Source of the DNA: Rhizaria sp. SCN 62-66
Lineage: Eukaryota
NCBI GenBank assembly: GCA_001724265.1
Contig: MEDY01000007.1
Coordinates: 124,001-162,195, forward strand
DNA length: 38,195 nt
Reading direction: 5' to 3'
Part shown: piece by piece, positions 31,194 to 38,195 of the stretch
Layout: every line of letters starts with the position of its first letter
How positions within the stretch are numbered: position 1 is the stretch's first letter
Made by a program: the position numbers and the translations under genes
Notes under the pieces: generated by a model
Database searches by the model: none
What the model was told of the DNA's origin: nothing
The model's input: only the letters and a program-made list of their open reading frames with translations

Positions 31194-32721
31194 GCGAGCG
31201 AGTGATGAACCTTCCCGACTGAGTGAACAGAGTATGTCAGGAGTTCGCTACTCTGCGAAGCTGTGATATATGTGTATGTTCTAAAGACAGGGTTCTCCTC
31301 ACTGTAAAGATGTTGATGTGCATCTTTTTTCTCATTATAATAGCTGTAGCTTTTTTTGTGTTTGATTGAATTTGTGCTTTGATTTTGTTTGCTTTCCGGA
31401 CGTGTCGTGTCAATTGTGACCGAACTGTAGCGCACTAAAAGACTCCAACAACTTCCTGCCTGCAAGTGTGGGATGTTGCTGTTAATCAAAAGATCATTTC
31501 TCGTTTTTCTGTTCTCCGTCATGCGCAGTGCTGTGCTTGTGTTCAGCTCTGTTTGCGTTGACACAGTGTGTGCTTATTTTAAGTGACTGACAAGCTGTGG
31601 TCAGAGTCTTTGGTGACTGTCCTGATCACGGCTGTGGAGGCAGTGATGGCTATAGGGAGAGATCCAGAGAGAGTAGGACATTCCGAAGACGGAGCCTTGC
31701 TTTTGCTGTTCCTTTTGCAGCTGTTACAGCTGTTACCCGTAGCTCGCTGTTGCGACCCTTCCTTTGTTACAGTTATATTTGTAGAGATATTCAAGGGTCA
31801 ACGAAGATATGTGAAGAAATTGAAATGATATGATAAATAAAACATTAAAATATATTTCACCAGTCGACACAGCCCCCATTTGCTTTGATTCGGCCCGTTT
31901 TTGCCGTGTTATAGTGGCGCGACGCGTGCTTGCCGCACTTGTGGTGGGACTCGACCGAGGCTGGCCGGTCTCTACGGAAGAAAAGATGCCCTCAAAGGAG
32001 GTCACTACATCGAAGAAATAGCATTACGCGTCTGAAAACAAGGTCTTAGTGCTGTGTTTTATTATTCGTCATTTGACGATTTTTCTCCACATTTGCTCTA
32101 CGTCCACTATCAGTCGTCTCCTAGCGGTGACTCCATCCCTCACTGCGACTGAAGAGGCTTAAACTGCACGGAGAATCTACCGGCGTATCCCGTCTTCCCG
32201 CGCGCTTAAGCCGATTTCCATTGCATATGTTGTTTATCATCTTTTAATGTTTTTTAATATCAGCATTGATAACTTAGGCAACTTATGTACCCCTGCTTTA
32301 TCGCTGCAGAAACCCTCTCGGTCTGCAGAGGAAGAGCTGAGCCCCTCGAAAGCATCTACTCTTCCTGCCATTCGCAAGGCATCTGAGCTCCGCCTGCCCT
32401 CTTGTTTCTTACCCCTCTCATGGCTTACATTATTTTATCTTGTGGTGGTCTCTTGTTTCCATAGGTCTCTTTCTAAACAAAGTTTCGCTGTCATTAGCTC
32501 CGTTCCTCGCTCTTGGTTGCTTCCGCCTTCGCTCCTTCAGGCTCTCTCGCCTCACCCCTTCTTTTTCCTCTGCTAAGCCAGTGGCCTCTCCTCCGCCTTG
32601 CTCAGCCCACCGCTTCTTCCGTCTGCGTTGAACCATCTTTTTATCTCCCGCTCTATTGCTCTCCTGCGCTCTCGCTGTGTCTAAACTCCCACAAAGTCTT
32701 CAACTAAAACAGAGTTACACT

Positions 32722-34709
32722 ATGTCCACGGTGCCCCCTGCTCCGGCCTCCGCGCCCGCTGCCATCGCCGCCCCCGCCGCCGCAAACCCGCCCGCCTCCA
32801 GCGCCAGCGGCCACGGCGCCGACGACACCAAGCACGATGCCGCCGCAGTCAGCAACAACTCTGCTGCCGCAGCCGCAGCCAAGACCGCCCCTGCCGACGC
32901 CACAGCCGCCGCCGGCGCCGCCGAGCAGCAGCAGCAGCAGCAGCAGGCCGGCGGCGCGGTGGCCCCGTCGTCGTCGTCGTCGTCGCGCGCGCCCCGGCGG
33001 CGCGGCGAGCGGTCCAAGGTGCACGCCTTCAAGGTCAACGGTAGCCGGTTCATCATCGACGCCCGCTACGCGCCGATCCGCGCGCTGGGCCGCGGCGCGT
33101 ACGGCGTCGTGTGCTCGGCGCAGGACACCGACACCGACGCCAAGGTTGCCATCAAGAAGGTTCAGTCGGGCTTTGACGACGTGGTCGACGGGAAGCGTAT
33201 TCTCCGCGAGGTGAAGATGCTGCATCACTTCCGCCATGAGAACATCATCGGGCTGCTCGACGTCGTGGACCCGCCGCCGGGACACCCGTTCGACGACATC
33301 TACCTCGTGCTCGAGTACATGGAGACGGACCTGCACAAGATCATCTACAGCAAGAACGAGCTTACCGACCACCACATCCAGTACTTCATGTACCAGGTAC
33401 GCCCTCTAAAACGCACAGATCTCATCAAATCTTAAGTATTAGGAACTAATATTTGGACAGTTATGCTTGATAACACTAATTTGAACATATATTCCAAAAC
33501 TGTTCTGAATATCTTTGGTATCATCTCACAAAAACAATGATTGTCTCTTTTATAAACTTTTGCTGCTGTTTGTTTTGTTTGTTCCGCTCGCAGGCTCTGT
33601 GCGGCCTGCTGTTCATCCACTCTGCACACGTTATCCACCGCGACCTGAAGCCGTCGAACATGCTGGTCAACTCCAACTGCGACCTCAAGATCTGCGACTT
33701 CGGTCTCGCGCGCGGCGTCAAAGAGGCCGTGGAAGACAACGATCTCACAGAGTACGTCGTCACGCGGTGGTACCGCGCGCCCGAGGTGATGTACAGCGTG
33801 CAGGAGTACGGGTACCAGATCGATGTGTGGGCGCTGGGGTGTATCCTGGGCGAGCTGCACGGGCGCACGCCCTTGTTCCCCGGCGAGGACTACATCAAGC
33901 AGATGAACCTCATCTTCGAGGTCCTGGGCACGCCTTCCGAGGACGACATGCGCTTCATAAGCAACGGCCGCGCGCTGGCCTACATCCGCTCGCTGCCGCC
34001 CAAGCCCAAGATGCCGTTTTCGCGCATCTACCCCAACGCGTCGCCGCTTGCACTGGACCTCCTGGAGAAGATGCTGCGGTTCAACCCCACAACGCGCATC
34101 ACCGTCACCGAGGCTCTCGCGCACCCGTACTTTGCTGACCTGCGCAACCCAGAGTTCGAGACGGTGTGCGCCAAGCCGTTCGACTTCAGTTTCGAGGCCG
34201 TGCCCGCGAGCAAGGAGGTGCTGCAGCAGTTCATGTGGGACGAGGTCTACGACTTCCGGCCCTGGCTGCGCGGGCAGCGCGGCGAGGGCCGCCCTCGCGG
34301 GCCAGACGGGCTATCGTCCTCCGTCACCGGCGGCGTCGGCGTCGGCGACGGCGTCTACGAGGGCATTCCGCAGCCGCCGCCGCTGTCGGTGCCATCGAAC
34401 AACAACAACACCGGCGCCGCGGGCGGCGCTGGCGTTGGCAACAGCGAGAGTGGCAGCGAGGTCGGGACCGCTGCCAGCGCCAGCACTAGCACAAGCAACC
34501 ACAACGGCGGCCACAGCAACGGCAGCGGCGGCGGCAGCGGTCACAACGCTCCTGTCGCCGGCTCTGCGACGAGCTCTGCGACTGCAGCGACGTCGACTGC
34601 GAGTGTTCCGGCGGTCGACCCCAGGGCTGCCAGCACCGCGGGCGAAACGGCCGCGGGCGAGCGCATGGCCGGGCTCGCGGGGGCGCCGCCGGGCACGCCG
34701 ATGAAGTGA
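32722..34709 (+). CDS. Mitogen-activated protein kinase (TEY type), about 596 aa; exons 32722-33396 and 33594-34709
   Basis: GRGAYGVV, VAIKK, HRDLKPSN, DFGLAR and TEYVVTRWYRAPE. Intron 33397-33593 (GTACGC...CAG) joins FMYQ|ALCGL. Ends TGA. Confidence 0.97.
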
Positions 34710-35623
34710 GCGCGGAGTCAAATGACTGTGAGAGCGTCAAATGACTGGGAGTTCGCGAGTGACTGTGAGCAGGCGAGTGGACTGCGCTTGTGTGAAGAAA
34801 TGGGTCGAAAGTGCATGCCTCATATCTTCTTCTTTTTTTTAATCATCATAATAACGCGACAAATTAGTAATAATATGTATCGGGAATCAATAATGTGTGT
34901 ATCTTTTTGTTTTTTTAACAGCATAATGAAACTACGAGTCTCTTAGATCCAGTTATCAAAGAAAAGTACGGGCCTCCTTGTTTAGATTTTAAGTCTATAT
35001 CCACGTAATCGTAAAGATTATGAATCATATTACGGAATACAACTACTGTTCAACATCAGCTAAGCTTGTCTTTGCAATATCATGATCAGCGCACTTCGAC
35101 GTCACAGTTGGACTTCACCATATCCGTCTGCTGCTTTGAGAATTTGGAGATCTAAGGCACAAAATATCGCCAAGCAAAGATGTACTCAACTAAAAACACA
35201 TTAACATTATGTATAATGCATTATTTTTTCAATGATTTTTGCATGGCGCCTGAAACAAGCGTTTTGGTTCGGAACAATGGTAGATGAATGGACAAGCACG
35301 AGCAGACTCGGCGAGCTCCCTTGAACAATCATATCCTGTGAGGCATGTTTCGCAGTGGGAGGAATATTATTACACGCTTAAAGATATTGCGTCAGACTCA
35401 TATCCTTTTCACACTGAAATGTCCTGTTGACGGACTCTGTATTGCTATCTACGATCAAAGGTGACCTGTTGCCTCGGAAATGCAGACGTCACCTTGCTCA
35501 CCTCTTAGACTCGCTCTTACGTCACCAAAGCAGTGCATGCCTCTGTTACCTTTTGGAGTTGATACCCCTGCGCTTATCCTTGTTTGTATTTTCTTGATTT
35601 TCTCCAAAACCCTCTGCATAGTG

Positions 35624-36892
35624 ATGCTCGGCCCGCCTTTGTCGGCCGCAGCAGCCGAGATGAGACATCAACGCAACCGACCTCGCTCCCGCGCGCAGTC
35701 CCGCACTCTATCTTCGACCCCCGCGCTGTCAGCACTGTATTTCCTTTGCTACCTCGCTTTTTGTGTGCTCGCTATTATCCCCACGGCCCGCGCTGCCGCC
35801 CCTCTGCCCCCGTACGTGGTCACCCCGCCCTACGCACCCTCCAGCGTCGGCGATAACCTCGCTGAAGCCACCGATTCCGCTGCCTCTGCGTCCTCAGTCA
35901 GGAACACGGGCAGCACCAGCAACGCCGCCTCTGCCGCTCCGGCGTCTTTTTGCGACGAAGACCCCGTAGCGGGCTTTTACCCCGACTGGAGCGACGAGTT
36001 CGACGGCACCGAGCTCAACACGACGCACTGGACTTACATTGACGGCTTCGAGAGCCAGTACGCGTGGGCCTGCGGCCGGTCCGCCTACTGCACGCCGGAC
36101 AACGTGCGCGTGCGCGACGGCGAGCTGACGATCACGGTCACGGACACGCCGCGCGGCAACCTGTCGTTCTCGTCGGGCGGTGTCTCGACGCAGTACACGC
36201 ACACTTTCTCGCGCCACCGGCCGTACCGGCTCTGTGTGCGCGCGCGCTTGCCCGGGATTGTGGGGCTGATTAAGCAGAACACCACGAAGTACAACGCTGG
36301 CTTTCTGCCTGCTGCGTGGATGCCGTCAGTGGACGGCTGCGTTCCAGACGACGGCGAGGTACGCTTAAATTCATCACCATCATGAGTACTGATACCAGGA
36401 CTTTTTTGTACGGGTTAGTGGGACGAGGGAAATCTCACACAAACGACTCTAAACTCACAATCTTCTCTCTCGGCACTCGATGCTTTTGTCTTGCTTTGTT
36501 GTTTCCACTCATAGATTGATATTGTGGAGTCTTACGGTGTCCACTTATCCCCTGAGTTTGCCTATCACTATACAACCCGGGGAAAAGAGAAGTGCAAAGT
36601 CCGGGACAACATCAACACCATGTGGACGCGCTTCTCCGATGTGCTGGCGACTGACTATCAGGAGTACGCGATCGAAGTTAACCTAGACTCAATCACGGTT
36701 GCTCTCAACGGAGAGAAACGCTTTGTTGTGGAGAAGACTGAGAAAAAAACACCAGAATTCTTTGACAAGGAAATGTTTTTGATGCTTAACTTTGCGTACA
36801 AGATTAAGCTCTACACACCAGATGTAATTTTAGATGAGCCTAACGCAACATATTCCATTGACTACGTTCGGGTTTCGTCGAAACGTCTTTAA
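35624..36892 (+). CDS. Secreted GH16 glycoside hydrolase (beta-1,3-glucanase/laminarinase-like), about 370 aa; exons 35624-36358 and 36515-36892
   Basis: Signal-like LYFLCYLAFCVLAIIPTARA, WSDEFDG, NVRVRDGELTI, FSSGGV, RARLP and GFLPAAW. Catalytic E|IDIVE is split by intron 36359-36514. Ends YSIDYVRV then TAA. Start codon uncertain. Confidence 0.88.
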
Positions 36893-38195
36893 AGCAGCAA
36901 CGCCCGAAAGCGAGAAGCTTTGAGTAAATGCTCAATCAAGATTGGTCCGCGAATGCGTTTCAACTCTCTTTCCTGTTAATTGGTGGGTTGTGGAAAATTC
37001 TACCTTGTATGCTTCGTTCTATAACTTGTACTCTGACTCTTCTTTGTTATGCACTGTCAGTAGTTGATGCTGTTCCTGTGGTTACAGCTCCGCCTTTCTG
37101 TTTCTCTTTTCTTTTCATGAAACGTTTCTCATATTGAAGGCAAACGTTGATATCACCACTGTCTATATAGTTTTTTCTCTGTGTGGTGTTTTATCTTCGA
37201 GATTGTTATGTTTCATGACAATTTAAGATCCTAAGCCTTTAAATTGTACAAATGTACTGTACAATAAAAAACGTACACGAATTCTTTTTTCAACGAAGCT
37301 CTCTTCAGCACAGATAGAAGTATCAACGAGTGTACATGTTGTAGCTGATAATAGATAATGAGATGAAACAGCACAACAAGTTGTGAAGCTCACTTTTGAT
37401 GGCATTGTGTCCCAGCGCAGCTGTCAATCTTGAACGGCGGCGGTTGTCGCGACAATGACTTTGCTGTGAGCGCGGTTGTTTTGCATGTGGAGAGTGCCGC
37501 GCGAACACGATGCTATCACTCTGTTGGTGTACACTACTCGTGTGCTGCCTTATATTAAGTACGGACTAGTAACATGTGGTTTGTACTGCCCAAGTTCGAC
37601 CATGATAGTTAATTGAAAATGTTGTATTGCTCTTTGAATCATTATATCTCTTGAATATGTGTGTACTCATGTATGCAAATGAACAAGCGGATTCAATCGT
37701 AAAACTGCAATTTTATAGCTAATCCATCATGTAGATGGCCATTATCTTGTATCAATTATGCACACAACGCCCCGGCCATCTACATAACGCCCCTTAATGG
37801 AGTGTTAACGGGTTTGACTGGTTGCCCATAGCTTTTTATGTTCAAATATGTACGGTTTTGTGCGGTTTCATGGACTCTGTCAAAAATCGTTGTGCGTTGA
37901 AATCATAGTTCCGCAAGAGCAACGTAGCGAGGCTAAATAAGATCAGAATTACGGTGACCAAATGATGTGGTGTTGTTAATACTGACACTTAAAGATTTTC
38001 AGGCCATTACGTTTATGTATTAATATTACTACTATTATAATAATAGTACTGTACTACTACGCAGAAGTAGTCATTTAAACCTCGTTTAAAACCCTGAATG
38101 CTACATTTTTTTCTAATCTGACGTAATATTGTACTAGTAATACAAGATACGTGCCTCATCTTTCTCTAGTTCTCAAGAACAACAACAAACATGTG

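Noticed and set aside
31579..32640. Short ORFs between the coiled-coil gene and the MAPK
   Set aside because: They show no codon bias or motifs. This is more likely UTR/promoter, possibly with a 5'-UTR intron of the MAPK.
1..38195. tRNA (especially CUA anticodon), rRNA, CRISPR array or transposase
   Set aside because: No cloverleaf, repeat-spacer array or transposase/RT motif was recognised by eye. tRNAscan-SE/Infernal would be needed to exclude small RNAs.

Overview
Gene-dense nuclear DNA of a unicellular eukaryote (lineage not determinable here), with very GC-rich exons, AT-rich intergenic DNA and short GT-AG introns (about 108-260 nt). Twelve protein genes are supported: NIP7 (5'-partial), a LysA-like PLP decarboxylase, an unknown secreted protein, a WDR89-like WD40 protein, RNase H2 subunit C, a MiaA/IPT9-type tRNA dimethylallyltransferase, a giant prominin/tweety-like 5-TM protein, CDK5RAP3/C53, a six-C2-domain protein, a coiled-coil CxxC protein, a TEY MAP kinase and a GH16 glucanase. 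There is also a probable decayed gene at about 18.7-19.4 kb. The main signal is that three separate genes (WD40, tRNA-IPT, CDK5RAP3) each carry one in-frame TAG with coding sequence continuing in frame beyond it. Two of these TAGs fall where homologues, recalled from memory, usually have Glu (sometimes Gln). All 12 genes end in TAA or TGA, never TAG. This points to a non-standard nuclear code or readthrough with UAG = Glu or Gln and UAA/UGA kept as stops. A second oddity is a 5' splice-site consensus of GTNCGY (+4 C). No RNA genes, mobile elements or CRISPR arrays were recognised. All homology calls are by motif recognition, not database search.
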